Assembly (NCBI GenBank): GCA_007376385.1
Contig: VMGC01000001.1
Span: 32,001 to 96,000 of the forward strand
Origin: Parcubacteria group bacterium Gr01-1014_8
GTDB taxonomy: Bacteria; Patescibacteriota; Minisyncoccia; Phycocordibacterales; UBA2100
Direction: 5' to 3'
DNA length: 64,000 bases
This document shows positions 16,684 to 26,318 of the stretch, piece by piece (the first letter of the stretch is position 1; each line of letters starts with the position of its first letter). Both the position numbers and the translations under genes were made by a program. The notes beneath the pieces were generated by a model, which was not told the DNA's origin, searched no databases, and saw only the letters and a program-made list of their open reading frames with translations.

Positions 16684-17604
16684 TTATCCCCCGAAAAGTA
16701 TGGTATCCGATATTGTGCGTGTTTTTTGCTTCAAAAACTCAGCTACAGCTGTGAAGAGAATTGCCTGCACGTCCTCTGCACCTGCAGTAAGAGCGGACAA
16801 TTCTTTGTCAACGACCCCGTCTATTTCTGCTGCAAGAGAGCGCGCTGAAAAGTATTTCCGTATGAAAAAACGGTACCACGGAAGACGTACTCGAACTCTC
16901 TCCTCTGATGTCGCGGCTGCACCCACCACCTCTACCCGCACTGGGAACGAGAACGGGATAATAGCAAACAACGCGCCGCGACTGCGATATGTGATCTCAA
17001 ATCGGGATGCGGAGAGAGCGGCTTTCTCAAGCTGCGCGTCGTCGCCCGCAAGTTCTGCTGCAATGAGCGCATAGTACTGGCCAGTTGATAACTTGCCGCC
17101 ATCAATTTTTTCCTTCGCGCGGCCCCTCAATCCTTTCCAAAATTTCAAGATATCGCGTATGTCAGCATTGCCTTGTATCGCCGCCCGGACTTTTTTTCCG
17201 TCGATGGTTACGCTAAAACCGCCTATCGTTCCTCCGCCAATTTTATACTCGTCGCCTGAATCAGTGACCGTGATCGCCCCTTGCTCTACGAGCGTGTTCA
17301 CTACATCCCCTTCCGTCTCGACGATCGGGCCTGGCAGAGGAGACTCCGGGTTACTTTGTGAGTTTTCTTCAGTTTGCTCTTTCTGGTCGATCGGTGTCTC
17401 AGGCAGAGGTTCTTCGTCCGGATTTTGGTTCAGATTCTGTGTTGCACTCCCGCTTCCGGCGGGAACTTCGCTGGTAAGGTCGAGGATTTCTCCTTTTTTC
17501 AAAAAATATTGGTCATTGAACTGGTCCGCAGAAGCGACGCCTGCATTGAATATCAAAAAAAGAAGTAAAAAACAAAAAAATACCCGCATAAAATGCTGTA
17601 GCAT
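16684..17604 (-). CDS. secreted hypothetical protein (last gene of the pilus operon)
   Basis: Start taken at 'MLQHFMRVFFCFLLLFLIFNAGVASA', a signal peptide. An acidic, Pro-rich linker follows. I recognise no known domain. Confidence 0.5.
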   Translation of the reverse strand: MLQHFMRVFFCFLLLFLIFNAGVASADQFNDQYFLKKGEILDLTSEVPAGSGSATQNLNQNPDEEPLPETPIDQKEQTEENSQSNPESPLPGPIVETEGDVVNTLVEQGAITVTDSGDEYKIGGGTIGGFSVTIDGKKVRAAIQGNADIRDILKFWKGLRGRAKEKIDGGKLSTGQYYALIAAELAGDDAQLEKAALSASRFEITYRSRGALFAIIPFSFPVRVEVVGAAATSEERVRVRLPWYRFFIRKYFSARSLAAEIDGVVDKELSALTAGAEDVQAILFTAVAEFLKQKTRTISDTILFGG

Positions 17605-17615
17605 GCGCGAAAATC

Positions 17616-19112
17616 CTATTGCTCTCTCCATAATACAAATTTGTAGTCGGCCGATGCAGATGGAGTAAAAGGCGGTGGTGCGAATGCGAGTATTCGATCG
17701 TAGTTGTCTATACGAAGGTTGTACCCGGAACAATACACGCCCGGGGAACCACAGAGCCATTTGGTGCCGACGCGTTTGTTGGAGATGACCGAGCCATTTG
17801 TCGTGAGTTGTGATTGCTGTACATATCCATCGTATGCCGAAGGTACTTGGTTCGAGCCCGACGTCGTGTAGTAGTTGCGGCCAAATAGCCCCCCTTGCGC
17901 GACAAAAATGCCACGGATCGTCATCTGGTCCGGCGAAACAAGCGGCACGAGAATAGAATCCTCAGCAATGACCGTGAGCCCGGTCGATCCATCTGCTGTC
18001 GCATAATTAACGTTGTTATTCAGAATAACACTCGGCGCGTACGCACCAGTATCTGCCGTAACAATTGTTATTTTTCCTGACACCGTTCCTTCTATCCATG
18101 TTTTTGCGCTGACAAAAATAACCGCGCAATCCGACGGCGGCGTAAATGTGCCGAGTGAAACTTGTGTGGAAATGATGTCGTAATTCATATACCACGTCGG
18201 CGAGTGCCCTCCGTTATACCCCCACACACCTGAAGTACCAGTAACGCGATAGATAGTGACAGTTCCGTTTGAATTGAACACAAGCCTGTATCCGCGCTGA
18301 TCAGAAGCAGCCACTGATGAATAGGTTCCTCCTTGTTGCACATTATCAACTCGCGTGGTTGTGCCGCTGAGCAGTATTCCATCGAGTTGCGCGTAGCCGC
18401 GAAGCGCGCTGAAGTTTGAGCCGATGCCTTCAAAACTTACCTGGGGAACGGGATAACTCCAGAGCGGACTTCCGGTCCCCGCGCCAAATACGCCCGCCGC
18501 ATTATTATTTGTCGGGGAACATCCGAAACTTGCACCACATATCCATGTCGAAACCGAACTTGTGACATCGGAATTATTTGTTCCGTCCATTCTCACGCCG
18601 CCGTTCGAATGATACGGACCCGTGATATTTCTGTCTGATCCCGCCCAGACATTTTGATTCACAATGTGTGAATACTCCGCGACTGAAGGTCGCATATAAC
18701 GCGCAATAAGTGTGCGTTTAAAGACCGGGTTTTGGTCAGCCCTGCCTTCCGATGCGATGTTTGCGTACTGCGGTACGCCGCAGGCAGTATTCAACGTTGT
18801 CGTAACTGCCGCTTCTCCTACCCGCCCACCCTCTGGATCTTCGACGACATACGTAACTGGCGTTTCAAGGCCGGCGCCGGATAGCATGACATTTGGCGTG
18901 TGCACAAGAAACCATCGATAATACTCAAGTCCTGCTTCTGCTATTTGAATTGCCTGTTCCCGTGCGAACAATGCGCGTCCGTACTTGGCCTGCATGAAGC
19001 TGTAGCTCGTTATTGTTCCCAAAATAAGCGCAAAAATACCCATGTATGCAACAACTAGAATGATGGTCACTCCTCGCGACGCACTCCCTTCGTGTTTCTT
19101 TTTTCTGTTCAT
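17616..19112 (-). CDS. type IV pilus minor pilin / assembly protein, PilX-like N-terminal domain with a large C-terminal extracellular region
   Basis: N-terminus 'SRGVTIILVVAYMGIFALILGTI' is a pilin-like TM helix without E5. 'REQAIQIAEAGLEYYRWFL' follows and resembles the PilX_N motif. The remaining roughly 430 aa are predicted extracellular. Confidence 0.6.
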   Translation of the reverse strand: MNRKKKHEGSASRGVTIILVVAYMGIFALILGTITSYSFMQAKYGRALFAREQAIQIAEAGLEYYRWFLVHTPNVMLSGAGLETPVTYVVEDPEGGRVGEAAVTTTLNTACGVPQYANIASEGRADQNPVFKRTLIARYMRPSVAEYSHIVNQNVWAGSDRNITGPYHSNGGVRMDGTNNSDVTSSVSTWICGASFGCSPTNNNAAGVFGAGTGSPLWSYPVPQVSFEGIGSNFSALRGYAQLDGILLSGTTTRVDNVQQGGTYSSVAASDQRGYRLVFNSNGTVTIYRVTGTSGVWGYNGGHSPTWYMNYDIISTQVSLGTFTPPSDCAVIFVSAKTWIEGTVSGKITIVTADTGAYAPSVILNNNVNYATADGSTGLTVIAEDSILVPLVSPDQMTIRGIFVAQGGLFGRNYYTTSGSNQVPSAYDGYVQQSQLTTNGSVISNKRVGTKWLCGSPGVYCSGYNLRIDNYDRILAFAPPPFTPSASADYKFVLWREQ

Positions 19113-19115
19113 AGT

Positions 19116-19700
19116 CTATTTCAAGTTCCTAAGCGCCGCGGTCGAGCGAAGTGTTAATTGGTTCGGCAACCGATTTGGATCAACGTTCACAATAACGTTC
19201 ATGGTAATGAAACGCACATACGCTATCTGAGCAAAATTTGTTATCTCTGCACCGTTCATATCGTAGTATTGGAATGTCGTTGTCGCTTGCTCGATGTTAC
19301 GAACTGTCTCAGAAATTACCGATGTCGTTTGGGCTGCACCGTACACAGGAGGATCACCCGTGGGGTCTGTTACGTCACGAAGCAATGAAATGCCTTGCAC
19401 ATAGTATCGCACTCTCTCAATAAGCGGATCTGAATCGATGTCAGCGTAAAACGTAACCTCCTGGGGGCCAACCGCGGCAACAGGATATGCGCCATTTGAC
19501 GCATAGGATATCTCTCGCATCGTTTTCACCATCTCTTCGATGCCGCGCTGCGCTGCATTTACAGCGCTTGCTTGTTCTATAACGTATGTATTCGTGCGAT
19601 AGAAGTAAAGTACCGATGAAACAATGGCGAGCATCGCGAACGTAAAGACAGTAATGGATACCAACACTTCAATAAATGTGATGCCGCGTGAGTAGTTCAT
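19116..19700 (-). CDS. type IV pilin-like protein (prepilin N-terminal cleavage/methylation motif)
   Basis: 'MNYSRG|ITFIEVLVSITVFTFAMLAIV' is a class III signal peptide with a Gly cleavage site and Glu at +5. Length 194 aa. Confidence 0.75.
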   Translation of the reverse strand: MNYSRGITFIEVLVSITVFTFAMLAIVSSVLYFYRTNTYVIEQASAVNAAQRGIEEMVKTMREISYASNGAYPVAAVGPQEVTFYADIDSDPLIERVRYYVQGISLLRDVTDPTGDPPVYGAAQTTSVISETVRNIEQATTTFQYYDMNGAEITNFAQIAYVRFITMNVIVNVDPNRLPNQLTLRSTAALRNLK

Positions 19701-19701
19701 A

Positions 19702-21906
19702 CTAATTTAATACGGGAGACAGCCGCGAGGTGCCTGAAACGTCGACGTCGGTTGCTGTGTACGGCTGGAATCCGGCAGCTGTTATGTCTATTGAATATGG
19801 GTTACCGCCGCCCACCGAACCACTCGAAAGTTCGATGAAAAAGGCCTGCCCGCAGGAGTCGGTGGTCATCGTGACGTTGTATCCGAGAGAGCGATATAAG
19901 CGCACTGTCGCGTTTGCTATGAGTCCGCCGTTGCCACGAACATCGACGAGCAGCGAGTTTGTCGTGTGCGGCGCAAGAATAAGTTTCGTTGTTGCATATT
20001 CATTCGGTGCAAGGCTCTCCGGCTGCGGCGCACACGAGGAAGCGATGTCATAACCCGTCGAAGCATCCACCGTTGTCGTGTACGTGTCCCATTCGAGATT
20101 GCCGATACCGACGCCTGCCGTCGGACCCGTAGAAAGGGTTGTCGTCGAATACTTATAGAATGTGCCTCCTGGGCCATTCCCTATTGATTTATTACCTTGA
20201 AGACCAAATGTAATGTTTGGAAGAGGAAGAGGTCCCACGTCATGTGTGACTTCCCACGAAAGAACTTCCGGCGTCTCGCTTTCGTTTGCCGTGCCAAGTG
20301 ACGCATGTAAAGAAACACCTGGGTACGTTGTCGTTGAAATACCCGAAATGTCTACCGGCGATAGGCTGAATCCGGAACTATTACCCGGCAGTTCGGAGTC
20401 CGGAATGAGCGAGCTGCCGTCACTGGAGTACAGACGATAGGCAATGTTTGTCTGCGCCGGTCTCGTATCGACAAAGCGGAGTTGCTTCCACCGCACCAGA
20501 TATTGCGGTGCGATGGCTATCGAGCGCGCTTCGCCCGGAGTTGAATATGGTCCGGGCGCACCGACCAATCGCAAAAGTCCTACAGCAACTTCTGTGTTCG
20601 TGGTGGTAGCAATTTGAGAAGCATCCGCAAACGTATCCGTCGTTGTTGATGTCTTTATTTGCTCGAATGTTTGTACATTTTTTATAGAAACCAGATCGAT
20701 AGAGAATGGAAACGAGGTCGTTTGGTTAAGAGCGACTGTCAGATGCCCTGGCGTCGGATTGGTAATTTCTGCCGTTGCATCGTATGTCTGCGAAGTTGAG
20801 TAACCACTTTTTGTGACCACAATCTTGTAGCCAGCGCTGGCTGGAGCTCCGATGATCGTAACAAGTCCATCATTATCGGAAAAAAGAAGCATGTTTACGA
20901 CCGGATTGGTCGTGGCATTGATGACGGTAACCTGTGCATTCGCGACTGGCGCAGATGCTGCGTCCAAGATTGAAAGAGCGAGAGTCCCGCCCGGTACTGC
21001 TTGTTCAATGCCTACCGGCGAGACTCGTGTCGTCAACGCGACTTTTCGCAACCCGCCATTGTGCGCAGACCATGAAACCTCTGTCTTAACCACTTTAAAG
21101 TCCGCTGGATTCGCATTCGTGTCGGCGGCGCCTGTACCGTCCTTCGGATCATCTCCATACAAAATTATGGTACGGCGAATATATGAGATGCCATTCAATG
21201 TTGCTGTCTCCGTCGCCACGATCGCGCCAGATGGAATTCCCCCAACCGTGCCAACAGAATCGTAGGGTAAGCTGCGAATGAATTCTTGCCGTTCGTTCGC
21301 AAGAGCTATCGCCCCCGCACGGGCCTTGTTATTCGTGACAACATCGACTGAAAGCTGAAACGCACCGGAGATACCGACAAATACGAGCATGAGAAGCGCC
21401 GTGCCAACGATGGTATCGATGAGCGTCACGCCGCGCGATTGGCGGTGTTCACGTCGTCTTGAATACATTTCTGGAATGGTTCTTGTTATCACATGTTTTA
21501 ACGAGTCAGTCGTCGGCATAAATACGCCTTTCGGAAGATATATCCGCCATTGTGAATACCCGGGAACCTCGTTCCATCCATGCATCGCAGGAATCTTTTC
21601 GGCCCCCCTGTGCTCTTCGTCCATATGTAAATATAGCAGCCCCGGTTTCTTCGGTGTGGCAGACTCCAAAAGACGATTGGTTTTTTCCATCATCAGAGGA
21701 AACATGCCCCTTCTCTGGAACTCCGGATAAACCATAGTTTGCTCGGAATAGTAATAGCCATCCAAAGAATCAAACTCGCGATATGCAACAGGTATATTGT
21801 CAGATTTTGTGCGCCAGTCGATTCGCCAACCATCTTTTGTATTGCTGATGATTTCTTTCAACTCTGGCAAAGGCTCTTTGCCCGGATGAATCGTCTCGTC
21901 GCTCAT
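19702..21906 (-). CDS. pilin-like giant protein: N-terminal ~160 aa GNAT-like cytoplasmic domain + internal prepilin motif + ~570 aa extracellular region with carboxypeptidase-regulatory-like beta-sandwich repeats
   Basis: Its ATG lies 2 nt after the pilC stop. Residues 1-160 carry 'VYPEFQRRGMFPLMMEKTNRLL', which resembles GNAT motif A (Q/R-x-x-G-x-G/A). The internal 'YSRRREHRQSRG|VTLIDTIVGTALLMLVFVGI' is prepilin-like with Asp at +5. 'VTVINATTNP...GYKIVVTKSGYSTSQTY' and 'ATVRLYRSLGYNVTMTTDSCG' look like CarboxypepD_reg folds. Confidence 0.6.
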   Translation of the reverse strand: MSDETIHPGKEPLPELKEIISNTKDGWRIDWRTKSDNIPVAYREFDSLDGYYYSEQTMVYPEFQRRGMFPLMMEKTNRLLESATPKKPGLLYLHMDEEHRGAEKIPAMHGWNEVPGYSQWRIYLPKGVFMPTTDSLKHVITRTIPEMYSRRREHRQSRGVTLIDTIVGTALLMLVFVGISGAFQLSVDVVTNNKARAGAIALANERQEFIRSLPYDSVGTVGGIPSGAIVATETATLNGISYIRRTIILYGDDPKDGTGAADTNANPADFKVVKTEVSWSAHNGGLRKVALTTRVSPVGIEQAVPGGTLALSILDAASAPVANAQVTVINATTNPVVNMLLFSDNDGLVTIIGAPASAGYKIVVTKSGYSTSQTYDATAEITNPTPGHLTVALNQTTSFPFSIDLVSIKNVQTFEQIKTSTTTDTFADASQIATTTNTEVAVGLLRLVGAPGPYSTPGEARSIAIAPQYLVRWKQLRFVDTRPAQTNIAYRLYSSDGSSLIPDSELPGNSSGFSLSPVDISGISTTTYPGVSLHASLGTANESETPEVLSWEVTHDVGPLPLPNITFGLQGNKSIGNGPGGTFYKYSTTTLSTGPTAGVGIGNLEWDTYTTTVDASTGYDIASSCAPQPESLAPNEYATTKLILAPHTTNSLLVDVRGNGGLIANATVRLYRSLGYNVTMTTDSCGQAFFIELSSGSVGGGNPYSIDITAAGFQPYTATDVDVSGTSRLSPVLN

Positions 21907-21908
21907 AT

Positions 21909-23126
21909 TTAGATGACTTCCGACAGTTGGTAGATAGGAGAGATCATCGAGACCGCGAAAAATCCGACTGCGCCGCCGATGAAAATCATCAGGAACGGCT
22001 CGATGATCGTCGACATATCTTTCGTCTTTCTATCGACCTCATCCTCATAATAGATGGCGAGACGCTTTAACATTTCCGTCAGTTGTCCTGTCTCTTCCCC
22101 GACCGACATCATCTCCCCCACAAATGCCGGATACATGTCCTCGCGCCGTGTAAATTCTGCGGAAAGGGGCTCTCCTTTTCCAACGGCCGCCTTTGCCTTC
22201 TGAACTATGTCCTTGAAGTAACCGTTCTGGATAACGTCACTCACGATATCGAGCGACGTTAAGAGGTCAACACCAGACGAGAGGAGCGATGCAAGCGTCC
22301 GCGAGGTACGTGCGGCATTCACTTCTCGAACTAATACCCCAATAAGGGGTACTTTCAAGAAAAACCAATCAGCAAAACGTTTTCCAACAACTGTATGAAC
22401 TGCAAAATAAATCGTGCCGACGAACAATACAACAAGCGCAAGCGCAAGCACCGTGTATTCCACAAGAAAATCACTGATAGCAATTATTGTCCTCGTCGAG
22501 GCCGGCAGATCTGCGCCCATTTCGGCGAATGTCGAGGCCAGCGTCGGTACGACTTTTATCATCATCAAGACGCCAATACCGACAATCGCAACAAGAACGA
22601 TCACTGGATAAATAAGCGCCCCGCGTATCTTCTTTTTGAGGTTGTACATCCTCTCCATCTGGTCGGCGATGACGGTGAGCGATTGAGGCAAGTCCCCCCC
22701 TTCTTCGCCAGCGCGAACCATCGCAATGAAAAGCTTCGAAAATATATACGGGAATTTTGCAAGCGCGGCATGCATCGCGTCCCCTCGCCGCACTTCGCTC
22801 GAGAGCTGCGAAATGACATTCGAGAGTTTTGGATTCCTCGTTTGGCGCTCCAGTACTGAAAGCGCTCGTGAGAGCGCAAGGCCTGCCGTGAGCATAGCGC
22901 CTAAATTTCTCGCAAACAGAATGCGTTCGTATTCCGTGACCGTAGAGATCTTCGCATTCCAGTAGGCGATACTGAGCCACTGATTCGCCCTGTCTTCATC
23001 CACAGAAATGATGCGCCCGCCTTCACGGCGCACGACGCTGTACAATTCGAAACGATCGCGCGCTTCTGCGACGCCCTTATAGACTTCGCCGTCCGGCTTT
23101 TCAGCAGTGTACGTAAACCGAGACAT
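21909..23126 (-). CDS. pilC: type IV pilus assembly platform protein PilC (GspF family)
   Basis: 405 aa with two T2SSF repeats and three TM segments. Sequence includes '...GEPLSAEFTRREDMYPAFVGEMMSVGEETGQLTEML'. Confidence 0.9.
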   Translation of the reverse strand: MSRFTYTAEKPDGEVYKGVAEARDRFELYSVVRREGGRIISVDEDRANQWLSIAYWNAKISTVTEYERILFARNLGAMLTAGLALSRALSVLERQTRNPKLSNVISQLSSEVRRGDAMHAALAKFPYIFSKLFIAMVRAGEEGGDLPQSLTVIADQMERMYNLKKKIRGALIYPVIVLVAIVGIGVLMMIKVVPTLASTFAEMGADLPASTRTIIAISDFLVEYTVLALALVVLFVGTIYFAVHTVVGKRFADWFFLKVPLIGVLVREVNAARTSRTLASLLSSGVDLLTSLDIVSDVIQNGYFKDIVQKAKAAVGKGEPLSAEFTRREDMYPAFVGEMMSVGEETGQLTEMLKRLAIYYEDEVDRKTKDMSTIIEPFLMIFIGGAVGFFAVSMISPIYQLSEVI

Positions 23127-23199
23127 TCATTCGATTATACCGTCTAAGCAACAGAAAGAAGCGCGTGCTGTACACAATCGCTCACTGTCACAACATGGA

Positions 23200-24939
23200 T
23201 CACTCTGAGATCACGCGCAACACTTCTTCGATGGTAGTGATTCCCTGTACTGCTTTAAAAATACCGTCTTCCGCCATGGAGAGCATGCCTTCACTCCGTG
23301 CCTGTTTTTCAATGGCATCTCCTGTTGCATTTGCCATGACAAGGTCCTTGATGGTCAACGTAACTGGCAAGACTTCATAGATACCGATGCGCCCGTTGAA
23401 TCCTTGCGGGGTTTCAGTTGATCCTTTTGGTTTATAGAACGGCACTTTGTTCCACGTTGCCTCCTTTGCAACAACTTTTTCTTCTTTCAGGGCCTTGAGA
23501 ACCGCCCCCCCGTCAACAAATTTTTCTAATTGGTTCTGTTCATCGCGAGAAAGCTCGTATGGCTCATGTTGCGCCGTCAATTTTCGGACAAGCCGCTGCC
23601 CGATCACCACGCGCAGTGTCGAGACAAGCAGGAATGGCTCCACACCCATGTCGAGGAGCCTCGCTACTGCGCCAGCAGCAGAATTCGTGTGGAGCGTTGA
23701 GAGCACCAAGTGACCCGTAAGAGCAGCGTTTATGGCAAGCGACGCTGTTTCTTTATCTCGAATTTCACCCACCATGATAATGTCCGGGTCCTGACGCACC
23801 AGCGAGCGAAGCCCGGTCGCAAACGTGAATCCTATCTCTGGTCTCACCTGTGTTTGATTCACACGCGCCATCTGATACTCGATAGGATCTTCGACAGTGG
23901 AGATATTTACATCCGGCGTGTTGATGATATCGAGGAGCGTATAGAGTGTTGTCGATTTTCCGGCACCAGTAGGACCAGTCGTGAGTATCATGCCTGTCGT
24001 TTTTCGCATCGCATCATGCATCCGTTCAAGCCCTGTACCGTGAAATCCGATACTTTCCAACGTAAAGCCTGAGATAGAATCGCGAAGAAGTCGCATAACT
24101 ATCTTTTCACCGTAGTACGTGGGGAGGACTGAGACACGAAATGATATCTTCTCTCCCCCAGCTTCTGCTCCGAAGCGCCCATCTTGCGGCAAGCGATGTT
24201 CATCAAGCCGCATATTTGCGAGAACTTTGATGCGTGCAGTGATAGCCGCTGCGGCATGTTTTGGCAATTCCATCGCGTCGTGCAAGATCCCATCGATACG
24301 ATAACGAATAAGAAGCGTATTTTCCAATGGTTCAATATGGATATCTGACGCATTCTGTGCCCCCGCATGGCGTAATAACGTATCCACAATGCGAACGGCT
24401 GAAACGCCCTCGGCCATCTGCCTTAGATCAGCCTCTCCGACATCGCCTTTCTCTTTTTCGAGCGCTACAGTCTCTCTCTTAATAACGTCGCCAAGCGTAT
24501 CCTTGAGACCCTTCTGATACTGTTTGAGCGAGGATTTGACCGAAGCTGCATCCGTAAGACGAGGCAATATTTTTAAACGCGTCTTTTTCTTAATGAAGTC
24601 GATGGCCGCGAGATCGTCAGTGTCGAGCATCGCAACTTCGAGCTCGTCGCCTTTGTGACTGAAAGAGATGATGTTGTTGCGGCGTGCAACAGGCTCAGGG
24701 ATAAGTGCAAGCGTCTCGTACGGTATATTCGTGCCGACCAGCGAGACAAACGGAATACCGAGGATATATGCATAGGTACGGCGAAGCTCATCCTCGCCAA
24801 TAGAGCCCTTCCCTACAAGAATATCGCCGATCGTTTTGCCGCTTTCTTTCGCTTCTAACTCTGCCACGTCAAAATCCTTTTGTGAGACCAGGTTTGCGTC
24901 AGCCAAAAACGATTTCAAGTGTGTATCAGAAATGTACAT
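23200..24939 (-). CDS. pilB: type IV pilus assembly ATPase PilB (GspE family)
   Basis: Walker A 'TGPTGAGKSTTLY', an Asp box, His box 'GHLVLSTLHTNSAAGAVARL' and an N-terminal GspE_N domain. Length 579 aa. Confidence 0.95.
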   Translation of the reverse strand: MYISDTHLKSFLADANLVSQKDFDVAELEAKESGKTIGDILVGKGSIGEDELRRTYAYILGIPFVSLVGTNIPYETLALIPEPVARRNNIISFSHKGDELEVAMLDTDDLAAIDFIKKKTRLKILPRLTDAASVKSSLKQYQKGLKDTLGDVIKRETVALEKEKGDVGEADLRQMAEGVSAVRIVDTLLRHAGAQNASDIHIEPLENTLLIRYRIDGILHDAMELPKHAAAAITARIKVLANMRLDEHRLPQDGRFGAEAGGEKISFRVSVLPTYYGEKIVMRLLRDSISGFTLESIGFHGTGLERMHDAMRKTTGMILTTGPTGAGKSTTLYTLLDIINTPDVNISTVEDPIEYQMARVNQTQVRPEIGFTFATGLRSLVRQDPDIIMVGEIRDKETASLAINAALTGHLVLSTLHTNSAAGAVARLLDMGVEPFLLVSTLRVVIGQRLVRKLTAQHEPYELSRDEQNQLEKFVDGGAVLKALKEEKVVAKEATWNKVPFYKPKGSTETPQGFNGRIGIYEVLPVTLTIKDLVMANATGDAIEKQARSEGMLSMAEDGIFKAVQGITTIEEVLRVISE

Positions 24940-24989
24940 AGTTGAGAAACGTCTATTTCTTCAGAATCATGCGCACAATTAGTATATCA

Positions 24990-25017
24990 TTGACACGGAA
25001 TATCCGTCTGATACACT
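24990..25017 (+). promoter_or_regulatory. candidate sigma70-type promoter upstream of nusA, followed by a GC hairpin plus T-run in the leader (25031-25054)
   Basis: TTGACA at 24990-24995, a 16-nt spacer, then TACACT at 25012-25017. Hairpin CCGGCCttGGCCGG followed by AATTTTTATT lies 30 nt upstream of the nusA ATG. Confidence 0.3.
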
Positions 25018-25077
25018 CCTCGTACCTGTTCCGGCCTTGGCCGGAATTTTTATTGAAGGTTATACAACACAATCCAT

Positions 25078-26295
25078 ATGGCACTTTTTGACCTAAAAAC
25101 CTTGAATTCTGCACTCGATGAGCTGCAACAAGAGCGTGGGATTTCTCGCGAAAGCGTTATTGATGCGCTCTCAACAGCGCTCGCCGCAGCATACCGCCGC
25201 GAATACGGGAAACGAGGGCAGATAATCAGAGCATCATTCAATCCAGAGACGGGCGACGTTGAATTCCGCCAAGCAAAGATAGTCGTTGACGATTCGCTCA
25301 TCCGAAAAGAGGGCGAAGAGCCGACTGGGGACGACGACCACCGCTCGCGATTCAATCCGGAGCAACACATCATGCTCGAAGATGCCCAGCGCATACGAAA
25401 GGGCGCGATGCTTGACGAAGAGATCTCATTCCCTCTTGAGGCACGAGATGATTTCGGCCGCATCGCGGCACAAGCTGCAAAGCAGGTCATCATGCAAAAG
25501 ATCCGCGAAGCTGAGCGTGCCTCTATTATTTCTGAATATGGCGAACGCGAAGGAGAGATAGTGACCGGGCACGTGCAACGCTTTGAACGCGGTAATTTGT
25601 ACGTCGACCTCGGCCGCGCGACCGCAATTCTGCCCTACGACGAACAGATACCGGGAGAGCGGTACAGACAGGGAGAGCGCGTTCGCGCGCTTCTTCTGCG
25701 CGTAGACGAGGGAGTTCGCGGGACTTTCATCCGACTTTCCCGGTCTCACCCCCGCTTTTTGGAGAAACTATTCGAAACTGAGGTGCCGGAAATGGCAAAT
25801 AAGATCGTGGAAGCGAAAGGTATCGTCCGCGAACCGGGCAGCCGAGCCAAGATAGCCGTACACTCGAAAGATGAACACGTCGACCCGGTCGGCGCCCTTG
25901 TCGGCCAGAGAGGAGTACGAGTAGCGGTTGTCACCTCTGAACTCGGAGGTGAAAAGATCGATGTTGTCGAATGGTCAGAGAACCCAGCTGACTTCGTAAA
26001 GGAAGCGTTAAAGCCGGCACAAGTTCTTGGTATTCAACTCTTTGAGGAAGAGAGCCGTGCAGAAGTTCAAGTGTCAGAAGACCAGCAGTCACTTGCGATA
26101 GGGAGGGGCGGGCAAAATGTACGTCTCGCCGCACGTCTCACCGGTTGGAAGATAGATATTCGCTCTGCAGCGGGCGGTGAGGTCGGAAAACCGATCGAGA
26201 GCGCGGAAACGTCGATGCTTCCGGAAGGATCAAAAACTGAACCTGACGCAACAAAAGTAGATTCCACAGAAAGCGACGAGAAAAAAGCAGCATAA
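25078..26295 (+). CDS. nusA: transcription termination/antitermination factor NusA
   Basis: N-terminal domain, S1 domain ('GEIVTGHVQRFERGNLYVDLG') and KH domains ('LAIGRGGQNVRLAARLTGWKIDI'). Length 405 aa. Confidence 0.95.
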   Translation: MALFDLKTLNSALDELQQERGISRESVIDALSTALAAAYRREYGKRGQIIRASFNPETGDVEFRQAKIVVDDSLIRKEGEEPTGDDDHRSRFNPEQHIMLEDAQRIRKGAMLDEEISFPLEARDDFGRIAAQAAKQVIMQKIREAERASIISEYGEREGEIVTGHVQRFERGNLYVDLGRATAILPYDEQIPGERYRQGERVRALLLRVDEGVRGTFIRLSRSHPRFLEKLFETEVPEMANKIVEAKGIVREPGSRAKIAVHSKDEHVDPVGALVGQRGVRVAVVTSELGGEKIDVVEWSENPADFVKEALKPAQVLGIQLFEEESRAEVQVSEDQQSLAIGRGGQNVRLAARLTGWKIDIRSAAGGEVGKPIESAETSMLPEGSKTEPDATKVDSTESDEKKAA

Positions 26296-26318
26296 TCTGC
26301 TATTGTTAGCGGAAATAT

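Noticed and set aside
25050-25493. 147-aa minus-strand ORF inside nusA
   Set aside because: Antisense to a highly conserved gene, Ser-rich and low-complexity.
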